DNA of 64,000 nt, taken from a bacterium. Lineage in GTDB: Bacteria; SAR324; XYD2-FULL-50-16. This document shows positions 20,013 to 30,247 of this stretch, piece by piece. The notes under the pieces were generated by a model that saw only the letters and a program-made list of their open reading frames with translations, had not been told where the DNA came from and did no database searches. A program made the position numbers and the translations under genes. Numbering within the stretch: position 1 is the stretch's first letter; the number at the start of each line of letters is the position of its first letter. The DNA lies in assembly GCA_032250835.1 (NCBI GenBank), contig JAVVEA010000007.1, positions 32,001 through 96,000 on the forward strand. The letters run 5' to 3'.

Positions 20013-21053
20013 TTGGACAGTAGGAATCAACGCATTCTCGACTGCATTATCGAGCAATATATAGACACCGCCGAACCGATCGGTTCGAGGGCGATTTCTA
20101 AGCAGCTCGACCTGTCCCTATCAGCGGCTACCATCCGCAACGTGATGGCTGATTTGACCGAAATGGGACTGCTCTGCCAGCCCCACACCTCTGCCGGACG
20201 CATCCCGACCGATTTGGCTTATCGCTATTATGTCCAAAAAACGGTAGCTCTTTTAGCCCAGCAACCGCAAAAAGTGGACCCTCAAGAAGCCAGTTATACC
20301 GATGAATTTGCCCGCCGCTACCAGCGGCTTGAGGACGTCTTACAAGACGCCGCCGACGAGCTAACGGCCAGCACCCATTGCACCGGCCTAGCCTTAGGCC
20401 CGCGCCCCTCGACCAGCAAGCTCAAACGAGTCGAGCTGATCGGCATCAGCCAGACCCAAGTCTTGGTGGTCCTAGTGACCCAAGCGGGGCTGGTCAAAAA
20501 CCGGATCATCAGCTTCCGCGAGTGCCCCAACCAAGAAGACCTAAACAAAATCGCCCAAATCCTGGTGGACCACTTTGTGGGCCTGGGGATCGGCGAAATT
20601 CAAGAAAGCCTGCTCGAAACTCTGGCCGCTGAGGCGCAAGAGCTTTCGGCCCATGCTATCCGCATCGGCAAAAAGGCCTTGGAACTCGACGCCACCGGTG
20701 AGGTCTTCATTTCAGGCAGCGCCAATCTCTGCCAATACCCTGAATTCAGTGATCATTTAAACCTGCAAAAGGTTTATCAGCGGATTGAAGACAAGGGCCA
20801 GCTTTACCAGATGATGGACGAACTGACCCAAACCGAAGGGTTGCACATCCAAATCGGCGACGAAAACCAAAAATTCGGCCTGCAAAGCTGCTCGGTCTTG
20901 GCTTCTACCTACGGAAGCCACGACAATCTCTTAGGCAGCATCGGCGTGATCGGGCCCACGCGCATCAATTACCCCCGGGTGATCCAGGCGATCAACCGAT
21001 CGAGCCGCAAGCTCAGTTGGGCCGTCGGCCACTTCCTGAGCCCCGATAGATAA
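20013..21053 (+). CDS. hrcA: Heat-inducible transcription repressor HrcA
   Basis: EPIGSR, SAATIRNVMADL, QPHTSAGRIPT, GVIGPTRINY; TTG start. Confidence 0.96.
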   Translation: MDSRNQRILDCIIEQYIDTAEPIGSRAISKQLDLSLSAATIRNVMADLTEMGLLCQPHTSAGRIPTDLAYRYYVQKTVALLAQQPQKVDPQEASYTDEFARRYQRLEDVLQDAADELTASTHCTGLALGPRPSTSKLKRVELIGISQTQVLVVLVTQAGLVKNRIISFRECPNQEDLNKIAQILVDHFVGLGIGEIQESLLETLAAEAQELSAHAIRIGKKALELDATGEVFISGSANLCQYPEFSDHLNLQKVYQRIEDKGQLYQMMDELTQTEGLHIQIGDENQKFGLQSCSVLASTYGSHDNLLGSIGVIGPTRINYPRVIQAINRSSRKLSWAVGHFLSPDR

Positions 21054-21070
21054 CCAATAGACCGATAATC

Positions 21071-21691
21071 ATGAGCGAAGAACCAAAAGAGCTAAATCCC
21101 GAAGAGGCGCAAGCTTCCGAGGAGCCTTTAGAAGAAATGCCCACCGACGCCGAAGCGGAAGCCCAGGCCGAGGCCGAGGCCCAATCGGACGCCGAAGCGC
21201 CTGAGGTCGAAGAAGTGATGGCCGAAGAAGCCGGGCCGGACTTAAACGCCCAGGTTGAAGAACTTCAAGACCAGCTCTTGCGTCAGGCCGCCGAATTTGA
21301 GAACTTCAAAAAACGCAGCCTTCAAGAAACCGCCAACCGGATCAAATTCGCCGCCACCAATCTGGTACGCGACCTACTGCCGGGACTGGACAACTTGGAG
21401 CGGGCCTTGGAACACGCCGAAAACAGCGGCGAAGAAAACCCGGAGTTGAAAAACTTCATCCAAGGCATCGAGATGGTGAAAAACCAATTCTTTGAGGCGC
21501 TACAAAAAAACCAGGTTGAGCGTTTTTACCCAAAAGGCGAGCCCTTTGACCCGAACCTGCATGAAGCAGTGGGCATGATCGCCAGCGAAGAGGTAGCCGC
21601 CGACCACGTGGCGATGGTGATGCAAGCAGGTTACAAACTACATGACCGCGTTTTGCGCGCGGCGATGGTGCAAGTAGCCGCCAAGAGCTAG
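21071..21691 (+). CDS. grpE: Nucleotide exchange factor GrpE
   Basis: AEFENFKKR, DNLERAL, FDPNLHEA, GY..HDRVLRAAMV. Confidence 0.96.
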   Translation: MSEEPKELNPEEAQASEEPLEEMPTDAEAEAQAEAEAQSDAEAPEVEEVMAEEAGPDLNAQVEELQDQLLRQAAEFENFKKRSLQETANRIKFAATNLVRDLLPGLDNLERALEHAENSGEENPELKNFIQGIEMVKNQFFEALQKNQVERFYPKGEPFDPNLHEAVGMIASEEVAADHVAMVMQAGYKLHDRVLRAAMVQVAAKS

Positions 21692-21752
21692 GGAACCCAA
21701 CCAAGAACTTAAGTTTCCACCAAACTATTATTATCTAAAGAAGGAGTAGAGC

Positions 21753-23690
21753 ATGGGTAAAATCATCGGTATTGACTTGGGCACCACCAACTCTTGTGTG
21801 GCCGTCATGGAAGGGGGCGACCCTAAGGTTATCACCAACTCCGAAGGGGCCAGAACCACCCCGTCGGTGGTGGCTTTCACCGACTCTGGCGACCGCCTAG
21901 CCGGCCAAGTTGCCCGCCGCCAAGCCATCACCAACCCGGACCGCACCATCTCGGCCGCCAAGCGTTTGATTGGCCGCCTCTTCGATTCGGACTCGGTCCA
22001 GCGCGACAAGAAAAACCTTTCTTACGAAGTCTCCAAAGGCGGCAACGGATTGGTTCAGATTGACGCAGGCGGTAAGTCCTACTCACCCGCCGAGATCAGT
22101 GCCTTTGTATTGCAGAAAATGAAGCAAACCGCCGAAGACTACCTAGGCGAGCCGGTAACCGAAGCGGTAATCACCGTTCCGGCCTACTTCAACGATGCCC
22201 AGCGCCAAGCGACTAAAGACGCCGGCAAGATTGCGGGCCTGGAGGTCAAGCGGATCATCAACGAGCCTACCGCAGCAGCCTTGGCTTATGGTTTGGACAA
22301 AAAAGAAGAAGAGCTGATCGCCGTATTTGACTTAGGCGGCGGTACCTTCGACGTCACCATCTTAGAGATCGGCGACGGCGTCTTTGAAGTCAAATCCACC
22401 AACGGCGATACCCACCTGGGCGGCGAGGACTTCGACCTACGCCTGATCGACTGGCTGGCTGAAGAATTTAAAAAAGAGCAGGGCATCGACCTGCGCAGCG
22501 ACAAGATGGCTTTGCAGCGCCTCAAAGAAGCCGCCGAGAAAGCCAAGCATGAGTTGTCCAGTTCCACGGAAACGGACATCAACCTGCCCTTCATCACTGC
22601 CGACGCAACGGGCCCTAAGCACCTCAACGTCAAGCTGAGCCGCTCGAAGCTAGAGCAATTGACTGACGACTTGATCCAACGCTGCTTAGAGCCCATGAAA
22701 GCGGCGCTTAAGGATGCGGGCGTGACGGTCGGCGACATTGCCGAAGTGATCTTAGTCGGCGGTATGACCCGCATGCCTAAGGTTTCTAAGGTCGTTGAAG
22801 ACTTCTTCGGTAAGCCCCCGCACAAGGGCGTCAACCCTGACGAAGTGGTGGCCATCGGTGCTGCGATCCAAGGTGGCGTCTTGGCTGGTGATGTAAAAGA
22901 CGTGTTGCTTTTGGATGTAACCCCTTTGAGCCTCGGCATCGAGACCTTAGGCGGCGTGACCACCAAACTGATCGAGCGCAACACCACCATCCCCACCAAG
23001 AAGAGCCAAATCTTCTCGACCGCCACGGACAACCAACCGGCGGTTAGCATCCACGTGGTTCAAGGCGAACGCGAGATGGCCCAGGACAACAAGACGCTGG
23101 GCCGTTTTGAATTGGTCGGCATCCCGCCGGCTCCGCGCGGCGTGCCCCAGATTGAAGTGACCTTCGACATCGACGCCAACGGCATCGCCCACGTTTCGGC
23201 TAAGGACTTAGGCACCGGTAAGGAACAGAAGATCCAAATCACCGCTTCGAGCGGTTTATCGGACTCGGAAATCGAAAAGATGGTCAGCGAGGCCGAACAA
23301 TACGCCGAGGCGGACAAACAACGCCGCGAGTCCATTGAAGCCAAAAACCAGCTCGACAGCTTGGTGTATCAGGCCGAAAAGACCTTATCGGAAAACGGCG
23401 ACAAGTTAGGTGAAGAAAAAGCGGCCATCGAAACGGCTCTGACCGAAGCCAAGGCTGCCTTGGAAACCGACGATGTAGAGCGCATCAAAGCCGCCAACGA
23501 TGCCCTGACCCAGGCCTTCCACAAAGCCAGCGAGACCCTTTACCGCACCCAGCAAGAAGCGGGCGGGCAAACTGACGGCGGTACGGAACAAGCAAGCGAA
23601 GGCAAGAGCGAAAAAAGTGAGTCCAAGAAGAAAGGTGACGACGACGACAACATCGTTGACGCTGACTTTGAGGAAATCAAGGAAGATTAA
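21753..23690 (+). CDS. dnaK: Chaperone DnaK
   Basis: [30 protein letters not shown]. Confidence 0.99.
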   Translation: MGKIIGIDLGTTNSCVAVMEGGDPKVITNSEGARTTPSVVAFTDSGDRLAGQVARRQAITNPDRTISAAKRLIGRLFDSDSVQRDKKNLSYEVSKGGNGLVQIDAGGKSYSPAEISAFVLQKMKQTAEDYLGEPVTEAVITVPAYFNDAQRQATKDAGKIAGLEVKRIINEPTAAALAYGLDKKEEELIAVFDLGGGTFDVTILEIGDGVFEVKSTNGDTHLGGEDFDLRLIDWLAEEFKKEQGIDLRSDKMALQRLKEAAEKAKHELSSSTETDINLPFITADATGPKHLNVKLSRSKLEQLTDDLIQRCLEPMKAALKDAGVTVGDIAEVILVGGMTRMPKVSKVVEDFFGKPPHKGVNPDEVVAIGAAIQGGVLAGDVKDVLLLDVTPLSLGIETLGGVTTKLIERNTTIPTKKSQIFSTATDNQPAVSIHVVQGEREMAQDNKTLGRFELVGIPPAPRGVPQIEVTFDIDANGIAHVSAKDLGTGKEQKIQITASSGLSDSEIEKMVSEAEQYAEADKQRRESIEAKNQLDSLVYQAEKTLSENGDKLGEEKAAIETALTEAKAALETDDVERIKAANDALTQAFHKASETLYRTQQEAGGQTDGGTEQASEGKSEKSESKKKGDDDDNIVDADFEEIKED

Positions 23691-23734
23691 CCGAACCCAG
23701 CGGCCCCTCCGGGGGCCGAGTCCATTAGGTACCC

Positions 23735-24862
23735 GTGGCGAAACGCGATTATTACGAAATTCTTGGGGTCTCTAAAAGCGCCAGCAAGGATGAGATCAAA
23801 AAGGCCTACCGCAAGTTGGCCCATAAATACCACCCCGACAAAAGCCCTGGCGATCAGGCTTCGGAAGAAAAATTCAAGGAAGCTTCCGAGGCTTATGAAG
23901 TCTTAGGCGACCAAGAACGGCGCGCTCAATACGACCGTTTTGGCCATGCCGCACCCGGCATGGGCGGCGGTGGGGGCAATCCCTTTGAGGGCTCCGGTTT
24001 TGGCGACATCTTCGGTGACGTGTTCAGCGAGTTCTTTGGCGGTGGCGGCGGAGCTGGCGGCGGCAGAGGCCGTAGCACCAGCCGAGGTGAACGGGGCTCG
24101 GACTTAAGCTACAATATGGAGCTGACCTTCGAGCAGGCCGCCTTTGGTTATTCCACCGAATTGGTCATCCCTCGTCTTGACGAGTGTGGCCAGTGCGGCG
24201 GCAGCGGAGCCAAAAGTGCTAAAGACGTAGATGTTTGTTCGGTCTGTGGTGGCACGGGCACCCAGCGGATCCAGCAGGGCTTCTTTAGCGTAGCCACCAC
24301 CTGTTCGAACTGCCGCGGAACCGGAAAAATCGTGCGTAACCCTTGCCCCCACTGTCATGGTCGGGGTCGGGTCAACGTGCGCAAGAAATTAAAAGTCAGC
24401 ATCCCCGCCGGGGTGGACTCGGGAGCCCGAGTCAAGCTAACCGGTGAAGGAGAAGCGGGCCTCAACGGCGGACCCCGGGGCGATCTTTATTTGATCATCC
24501 GGGTGTTAGAGCACAGCATCTTCCAACGCGAAGGCTACGATGTGCATTGTGAAGTGCCCATCAGCATCACTCAAGCGGCTTTAGGCAGCGAGATCGAAGT
24601 GCCTACTTTAGATGGCCGGGCCCGCGTGACGGTCCAACCGGGCACCCAAAACCGGCAGGTCTTCCGGCTCCGTGCCAAGGGCATCCAGCGCCTACAAAGC
24701 ACCGCCCGCGGCGACCTGTATGTACATATCCTGGTGGAAATCCCCACCAACTTGAACCGCCGCCAGAAGGAACTTCTCGAAGAGTTTGGCGCGATCAGCG
24801 GCGAAGAAAGCACCCCCATGAAGAAGAGCTTCATGGAAAAGATCAAAAGCCTCTTGTCTTAA
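23735..24862 (+). CDS. dnaJ: Chaperone DnaJ
   Basis: J domain with HPD, G/F region, four CxxCxGxG motifs. Confidence 0.98.
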   Translation: MAKRDYYEILGVSKSASKDEIKKAYRKLAHKYHPDKSPGDQASEEKFKEASEAYEVLGDQERRAQYDRFGHAAPGMGGGGGNPFEGSGFGDIFGDVFSEFFGGGGGAGGGRGRSTSRGERGSDLSYNMELTFEQAAFGYSTELVIPRLDECGQCGGSGAKSAKDVDVCSVCGGTGTQRIQQGFFSVATTCSNCRGTGKIVRNPCPHCHGRGRVNVRKKLKVSIPAGVDSGARVKLTGEGEAGLNGGPRGDLYLIIRVLEHSIFQREGYDVHCEVPISITQAALGSEIEVPTLDGRARVTVQPGTQNRQVFRLRAKGIQRLQSTARGDLYVHILVEIPTNLNRRQKELLEEFGAISGEESTPMKKSFMEKIKSLLS

Positions 24863-24875
24863 CCTAAGGGGGGCC

Positions 24876-25772
24876 TTGGAGCCATTTGATAAGATTTTTT
24901 GTATCTTGAAGCGTTCTGAATTGGACCACCACCTGTCCGACCAGACCAAGGCGCTACGCATGGCCCGGCTCAGCAAGGCCAAACAAACGGCCATCAAAGA
25001 ATCTGCAGAAAACCAAAAGGCCTTCATCGAAAAACTGCGCCAGCTGGCCTTGGGTTTTGGGCTAGACATCCAGTTTTTTGGCGAAGACCAGATGGAAAGC
25101 CTGCATCCAGGGCCTAACGATTTAGTGATGACCTGCGGCGGCGACGGCACCTTTTTGGCCTGCGCCAAGCACTTCGACCAAGCCAGCCTTTTGGGCCTCA
25201 ACTCTGACTACAAACCCAAAGAGGGTTTAGGTAGCTACGGGGCCCTGACCTCAACCAACCGCCTCAACCTAGAAGAACGCCTCACCGACTTAGTCGAGGG
25301 GCGCTACCGGATCGACCGCTGGAACCGGTTGCAGGTAGAGGTCAACGGCGAGTTGATCCCCCGCTACGCCGTCAACGACATCTACTATGGCCAGCGCCTA
25401 GCCTACCGCACCTGTGACCTACACATCCAACAAGGCGTTTTGAGCGAGGACTTTAGCTGCTCGGGCCTGCTCTGTTGCACCGGCATGGGCAGCCACGCAT
25501 GGCACTATAACGCCGGGGGTAGCCCCTTTTCTAACGAGTTGGAGGCCTTCGGTTTCCGCGTCCTCTTCCCAAACCTCAAACGGCCTTTAAAATTTTCCAG
25601 CGGCATCATCGGCAAGCAGCACCGCCTGAACGTCACCCCGGAGCGGGATGATTACATCTTGAGTTTTGATAGCTCCTTAGAAGTGATCAACACCCAAATG
25701 GGTGATGATATTTTGATCTCGCTGGCCCAAGACAAGGCGCTACGTGTCGTCGCCTTTGCTGAGCCCATCTGA
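24876..25772 (+). CDS. NAD(H) kinase family protein
   Basis: GGDGT, GLNSD, VND, SGLLCCTGMGSHAW..NAGG. Confidence 0.85.
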   Translation: MEPFDKIFCILKRSELDHHLSDQTKALRMARLSKAKQTAIKESAENQKAFIEKLRQLALGFGLDIQFFGEDQMESLHPGPNDLVMTCGGDGTFLACAKHFDQASLLGLNSDYKPKEGLGSYGALTSTNRLNLEERLTDLVEGRYRIDRWNRLQVEVNGELIPRYAVNDIYYGQRLAYRTCDLHIQQGVLSEDFSCSGLLCCTGMGSHAWHYNAGGSPFSNELEAFGFRVLFPNLKRPLKFSSGIIGKQHRLNVTPERDDYILSFDSSLEVINTQMGDDILISLAQDKALRVVAFAEPI

Positions 25773-25879
25773 GAGCGCCGAAACATTTCGTCGCGCTCTC
25801 CCTTTGACCGATTCGCAGAACTTGGCTATGATCGGGCTTCTTTTGGTCCCTCGACTCCAACCCACCAGCGTGAATTAAG

Positions 25880-26824
25880 ATGCAAGGTCCCCTGAAGATC
25901 ATCTCCGGTAGCTCCCACCGCGAATTTGCCGACGAAATTTGCCAGCTCATGTCCAAAGAGCCGAGCGAGATTGAGACGGTTACCTTTTCAAACGAAAACA
26001 TGTTGGTCCGCATCTTAGACAACGTCCGCGAGGCCGATGTATTTGTGGTCCAAACTAGCTGCCCACCGGTCCACGACCACTTGGTGGAAACCATGATTTT
26101 GTTGGACGCGCTGCGCCATAGTTCGGCGGCCCGCGTCACCCTAGTGGTTCCCTATCTGCCCTATGTTCGCAGCGATAAAAAGGACCAACCTAGGATCAGC
26201 ATCACCGCCAAGTTGATGGCGCGCCTGCTGCAAACGGCCGGGGCCAACCGCTTCTTGACCATGGAACTGCACAGCCCCCAGATTCAGGGTTTCTTTGACG
26301 TGCCGGTGGATCAACTGATGGCCACCGATGTGATCTGCGACTACTTCTTGGCCCAGAAGGACCTACAAAACTACGTGATCGTCGCCGCTGATGTCGGCGA
26401 GGCTAAGCACCTGGGCCGCTTTGCCAACAAGCTAAACCTGCCCATGGCGATCATCGACAAGCGCCGCCTGGGCAATAGCGATGAGGTAGTGCCCACCCAC
26501 CTGATTGGGGACGTGCGGGGCAAACGGGCCCTGATCATCGACGACGAAGTCGCCTCGGGCGGCACGCTGGTCAAAGCCGCCGAGTTCCTCAAGGAAAACG
26601 GTGCCCTCAGCACCACCGCCGCCATCGTGCACCCCGTCCTCTGCGGCAGCGCCATCGACAAGATCAATAATTCGAGCCTAGATGAGTTGGTGGTCACCAA
26701 CAGCATCCCGGTTTCCGAAAAGGCCTTAGCCTGCCCGAAGATCAAGGTCCTGTCCGTCGCCTCCCTCTTCGCCAAAGCGATCCAACGCATCCACAACGGA
26801 GACTCGATCAGCGTGCTTTTCTAA
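25880..26824 (+). CDS. prs: Ribose-phosphate pyrophosphokinase
   Basis: PYLPY.RSDKK, LHSPQIQGFFD, IIDDEVASGGT. Confidence 0.95.
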   Translation: MQGPLKIISGSSHREFADEICQLMSKEPSEIETVTFSNENMLVRILDNVREADVFVVQTSCPPVHDHLVETMILLDALRHSSAARVTLVVPYLPYVRSDKKDQPRISITAKLMARLLQTAGANRFLTMELHSPQIQGFFDVPVDQLMATDVICDYFLAQKDLQNYVIVAADVGEAKHLGRFANKLNLPMAIIDKRRLGNSDEVVPTHLIGDVRGKRALIIDDEVASGGTLVKAAEFLKENGALSTTAAIVHPVLCGSAIDKINNSSLDELVVTNSIPVSEKALACPKIKVLSVASLFAKAIQRIHNGDSISVLF

Positions 26825-26833
26825 AAAGCCCTT

Positions 26834-26855
26834 GCAGGAGGCAACCGCCTCCTGC
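26834..26855 (+). terminator. Stem-loop after prs
   Basis: GCAGGAGGC-AACC-GCCTCCTGC, with no adjacent U-tract. Confidence 0.55.
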
Positions 26856-26913
26856 TGGCTGAACCAATTTTTGTAGCTGTCTATCCGGCATTCTTTCCCA
26901 CTTAAATGTTTAT

Positions 26914-28284
26914 ATGATTGAATGTAAAAAATACGAGGGCTCGTTTCGAGAACTAAGGAGTCATAAAGGCTTCAGATCCGATTACTTGTCTCCGAGTTCA
27001 GCCAAACTGCTGGACGAGTTTCTTTCGGATCAAGTTGGCTATATGGTGGTTGAATATCCCTATGTCGATGCAGATTTTCGGTCTTCATACTACAGAGATT
27101 TTTCAAAACGCCACAAACCAATCAGCCGCGATAGCTACCGGATCCATCTATTTTCCGGCGATTCAAAGGTCCCGTTCACAAATGACCAGTACCTTGGTTA
27201 CCTGACGCTTCGCCAAACGCCTAAGTATTCTATTGGACGCAGTTACCTCTCTCCGAAGGCGGTAAAGCACTCTGTCGGATACTGTATGTTGTCCACCTAT
27301 AAAGCCCACCTGCTAGGTAAAGAACTCGTCGTCCAAGCCTTTCCTTGGATGCAGCAGGATATCAATACCACACGTTGTGCACATATTGCTGCTTGGAGTA
27401 TTATGAGATACTTCAGTCGCAGGCAGCCGCAGTATTCAGACATTCCGCTTGCGGAAATGGCTAATTCTTTGGGCTCCCAACTGAGATCGGTTCCTTCTCA
27501 TGGCCTCACCCTGCAACAAATGGCGCAGTTGCTGAGCAGCGTCGGATTTTCGGTGCAAATCATGGTCCGACCGAAAGACGATCCAAAACCGAATCGATTT
27601 GAAACCAAGATTTTTCACTATATCGAATCAGGACTCCCGGTCATTGCATCCCTTAATAAAGAACACGCGGTGGCCTTGGTTGGACACGGAAACGTCAGCA
27701 GCGCAACAAAAGCAAACCTTCAAGGCATACAGGACTCATCAACCCTGCTTCCGTCACTACTCTGCTCAGACGATAATTTCCTGCCCTACCGGGAATTATT
27801 CCGCGAAAAAACGAATCACTCCCTGCCAAGCTTCCAAATCGAGCATATCGATGCTATTTTGATCCCGATGCACGAAAAAATGTACACTACCCCCGACGAG
27901 TTATTGGGGCTGCTACTGCCATCAGTCGAGAATCGCAAGCCACTAATCGACAAGACGCTTGTAAGGCGCGTATTTCTCTCCAGTTCTAAGGAACTAAAAC
28001 TGGCCACAGCTAAGGTAAAAGATAAAGTTTACAGGGATTATGTCTTTGGTTTAGCGTTACCGAAATTTGTTTGGGTTGTTGAGTACGCAAGCCCCGAGTG
28101 TTATGACAAACAGTTGGCTGAATACAGGTTGGTCATCGACTCCACCGCGACTGTCTATGACGAGGATGCAATTGTCTTCTTCCAGCAACCAGGTATGATT
28201 CTTGATTACTCAGAGGGCGAAAACGTCATTGACTTAAGAGCTCAACAGACACCTTTCTTGACAAACAATCTCATCAGAATATAA
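26914..28284 (+). CDS. Papain-fold (C39-like) cysteine peptidase domain protein of unknown function
   Basis: PWMQQD....C155A...W, ESGLPVI, H251AVALVGH, SD286DN; AT-richer than flanks. Confidence 0.7.
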   Translation: MIECKKYEGSFRELRSHKGFRSDYLSPSSAKLLDEFLSDQVGYMVVEYPYVDADFRSSYYRDFSKRHKPISRDSYRIHLFSGDSKVPFTNDQYLGYLTLRQTPKYSIGRSYLSPKAVKHSVGYCMLSTYKAHLLGKELVVQAFPWMQQDINTTRCAHIAAWSIMRYFSRRQPQYSDIPLAEMANSLGSQLRSVPSHGLTLQQMAQLLSSVGFSVQIMVRPKDDPKPNRFETKIFHYIESGLPVIASLNKEHAVALVGHGNVSSATKANLQGIQDSSTLLPSLLCSDDNFLPYRELFREKTNHSLPSFQIEHIDAILIPMHEKMYTTPDELLGLLLPSVENRKPLIDKTLVRRVFLSSSKELKLATAKVKDKVYRDYVFGLALPKFVWVVEYASPECYDKQLAEYRLVIDSTATVYDEDAIVFFQQPGMILDYSEGENVIDLRAQQTPFLTNNLIRI

Positions 28285-28315
28285 TTTACCCATTAGCCCG
28301 AGAAAGCTTTAAGTT

Positions 28316-28480
28316 ATGAAAAATCTTCTTAAAATCAAGCGGACCGCTAGCAGCACTGCAGCCGAGTGGAAGCAGCAAGTCAATAAGTCCATTGCAGCTC
28401 ACTCTGACGCTTATCAGGTTGAAAACCAACGCCTTCGCGCTCAAGCCGTCGAATTTGCTGAAAAAGTGAAACTCGGTTGA
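28316..28480 (+). CDS. Small hypothetical protein, 54 aa (below ORF-track cutoff)
   Basis: ATG..TGA giving MKNLLKIKRTASSTAAEWKQQVNKSIAAHSDAYQVENQRLRAQAVEFAEKVKLG; 31 nt after the peptidase stop, same strand, before a terminator; no clear RBS. Confidence 0.5.
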   Translation: MKNLLKIKRTASSTAAEWKQQVNKSIAAHSDAYQVENQRLRAQAVEFAEKVKLG

Positions 28481-28637
28481 ATGCGATCCTCCCTCCGGTT
28501 TGGCCTTCTAAAACAGACAGCCCCCCCAATTCACAGCAAGATCTGAGTGCATTTCTGCCCTGATCGTCGAGGCCCATGCTGTGATTGCGAAGGTAGTTGT
28601 GTTGACTGATAAATCTCGAACTTTCTTCAAGCGCTAC

Positions 28638-28673
28638 AAGCCGCCTTCTCAACCGAGTGGGCGGCTTTTTTTT
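28638..28673 (+). terminator. Rho-independent terminator
   Basis: AAGCCGCC...GGCGGCTTTTTTTT. Confidence 0.75.
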
Positions 28674-28927
28674 GTTTCTGGGGTTGATCTCGAGTGGCTG
28701 GATTTGGCCGAATTTGACCGGGCTGGGGCTTTAATTTGCCCTTTGGGTAGAATATACTTGCGTCGAAATAATGGGGATAGTGGGCGCTAGTGAAGAAATT
28801 AGTCAACGGTTTTAGCCACCTAATGGAAATCCACTCATCTAATTTAGACCTTGGTTTTTTGGGTTTCAATAGATATTGCGGTGGTCCCAAATTCAGGCTG
28901 AGAATCAAGCTAACTAGGTAAATCCAT

Positions 28928-30097
28928 ATGAAAATCTACAAATTCTATCCGCTGCTCTTGGGGTTATTGGCTTTGGCCCTGGTGGGCTGTAAAAAAGAGG
29001 AGGCGGCGCTTGATGCGACCAGCGACGCGGCAGATAACACGGTCTCTGAAGGCAGTACGACCAGCCCGATCCTGCTTTCCAACGGGCAAAGCCGAGATGG
29101 ATCGGTTAGTTCGGCAGACTATAGTTATTACCGCTTGGTGGTGACCGAATCGGGCAGCTACGATTTGGACTTAACCATCCCCGACGGCCAGACGCTGTCG
29201 GTCTATGGCTCGGATTTTCAAAATTTCAACTTTCTAGACGCCTTTTTGCTGCGGACCTGTAATCAAACCTCCTCCTGTAAGGTGATCCTCCCCAACCTCC
29301 CGGCCAACTACAACATCGACTTCATCATCCAATCCAACGAATCCGCATCCTTCACGATGACGTTGAGCAAGGGTTTTGGCCAAGGAACCATTGGGGATGG
29401 CTACCCAGTGGAACTGGGTCAAACCGTTTTGGCAGGGATTGACAATGGAACGATCAAAGCCAACCAATTCGCCGGGTCACTCTATCATTTCAAGACCGGG
29501 CCCGTTGGAGGCTCTTACCACCTTCTGGACCAAGCCCACATCGCCTTAAGCTGGGAGGTAATCAAATACCCGGAGTTTAGCTCCTTCTACTATGACGAGC
29601 ACCAGCCCAACACGGCAGTGAAAAGCCACGAAGCCATGTTAGAGCGTTTGGACGCTAGCACCGATTATTATCTTCTAGCCTATGCCGACAACCAACCCTC
29701 GGATCAATTCACCTTCACCCTGCAAAAAGCCTATGCAGAAGGCAGTTTGAGCTATCCTGTGGCGCTCACCTTAGACTCCACCCATGACGCAACCTTTGAT
29801 GCGTCCTTGGTTTCTTCAGCCTACTATTCCTTCACCGCCACCGCGAGCAGCCACACCATCACTACCGTAAATAGTGCCGATCGGTTTAAGGCGACGTTGT
29901 ACGATACCAATGCGGGCTACAACTCTGCCCACGGGTTTGCGGTGACTTCCTACTATTCCTGCGCATTAGCCTACAATCTAAGTTGCACCGCCCCCACGAG
30001 CTTCAGCGGGTTGACCGTAGGCCGAAGCTATGTGATCCATCTCACCCACGAATACGCTCCCAGCAGCCCTCTGGCCTACCAAATCTTAGTTCAGTAG
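28928..30097 (+). CDS. Lipoprotein with three beta-rich (PPC-like) repeats
   Basis: Lipobox LVGC; recurring GS...P..L......G......YY.F motif three times. Confidence 0.7.
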   Translation: MKIYKFYPLLLGLLALALVGCKKEEAALDATSDAADNTVSEGSTTSPILLSNGQSRDGSVSSADYSYYRLVVTESGSYDLDLTIPDGQTLSVYGSDFQNFNFLDAFLLRTCNQTSSCKVILPNLPANYNIDFIIQSNESASFTMTLSKGFGQGTIGDGYPVELGQTVLAGIDNGTIKANQFAGSLYHFKTGPVGGSYHLLDQAHIALSWEVIKYPEFSSFYYDEHQPNTAVKSHEAMLERLDASTDYYLLAYADNQPSDQFTFTLQKAYAEGSLSYPVALTLDSTHDATFDASLVSSAYYSFTATASSHTITTVNSADRFKATLYDTNAGYNSAHGFAVTSYYSCALAYNLSCTAPTSFSGLTVGRSYVIHLTHEYAPSSPLAYQILVQ

Positions 30098-30118
30098 ACT
30101 GGGTTTCAGCGCCCAAAC

Positions 30119-30161
30119 AAAAAACGCCCCGGCTCTCCTGAAGGAAAGTCGGGGCGTTTTT
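30119..30161. terminator. Bidirectional terminator
   Basis: AAAAACGCCCCG...CGGGGCGTTTTT between convergent genes. Confidence 0.75.
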
Positions 30162-30247
30162 CGTCGTGCAACGACCACCGGGATACTTGCAGGTAGTCCC
30201 GGCGGGCTCGGTGAGCGGATTAGGCGGGGGCGCAAAGCGCCCTAACC

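Noticed and set aside
22286-23050. 254-aa ORF antisense to dnaK, and many similar shadow ORFs over cheA, cheW, flgE, MCP and hemL
   Set aside because: Fully antisense to conserved genes; expected from codon bias in GC-rich DNA, and the dnaK antisense frame is a well-known artefact.
23960-24075. GGC-rich repeats
   Set aside because: They encode the normal Gly/Phe-rich region of DnaJ.
28380-28652. 90-aa minus-strand ORF downstream of the peptidase
   Set aside because: Non-ATG start inside a terminator hairpin; the plus-strand 54-aa ORF fits the operon orientation better.
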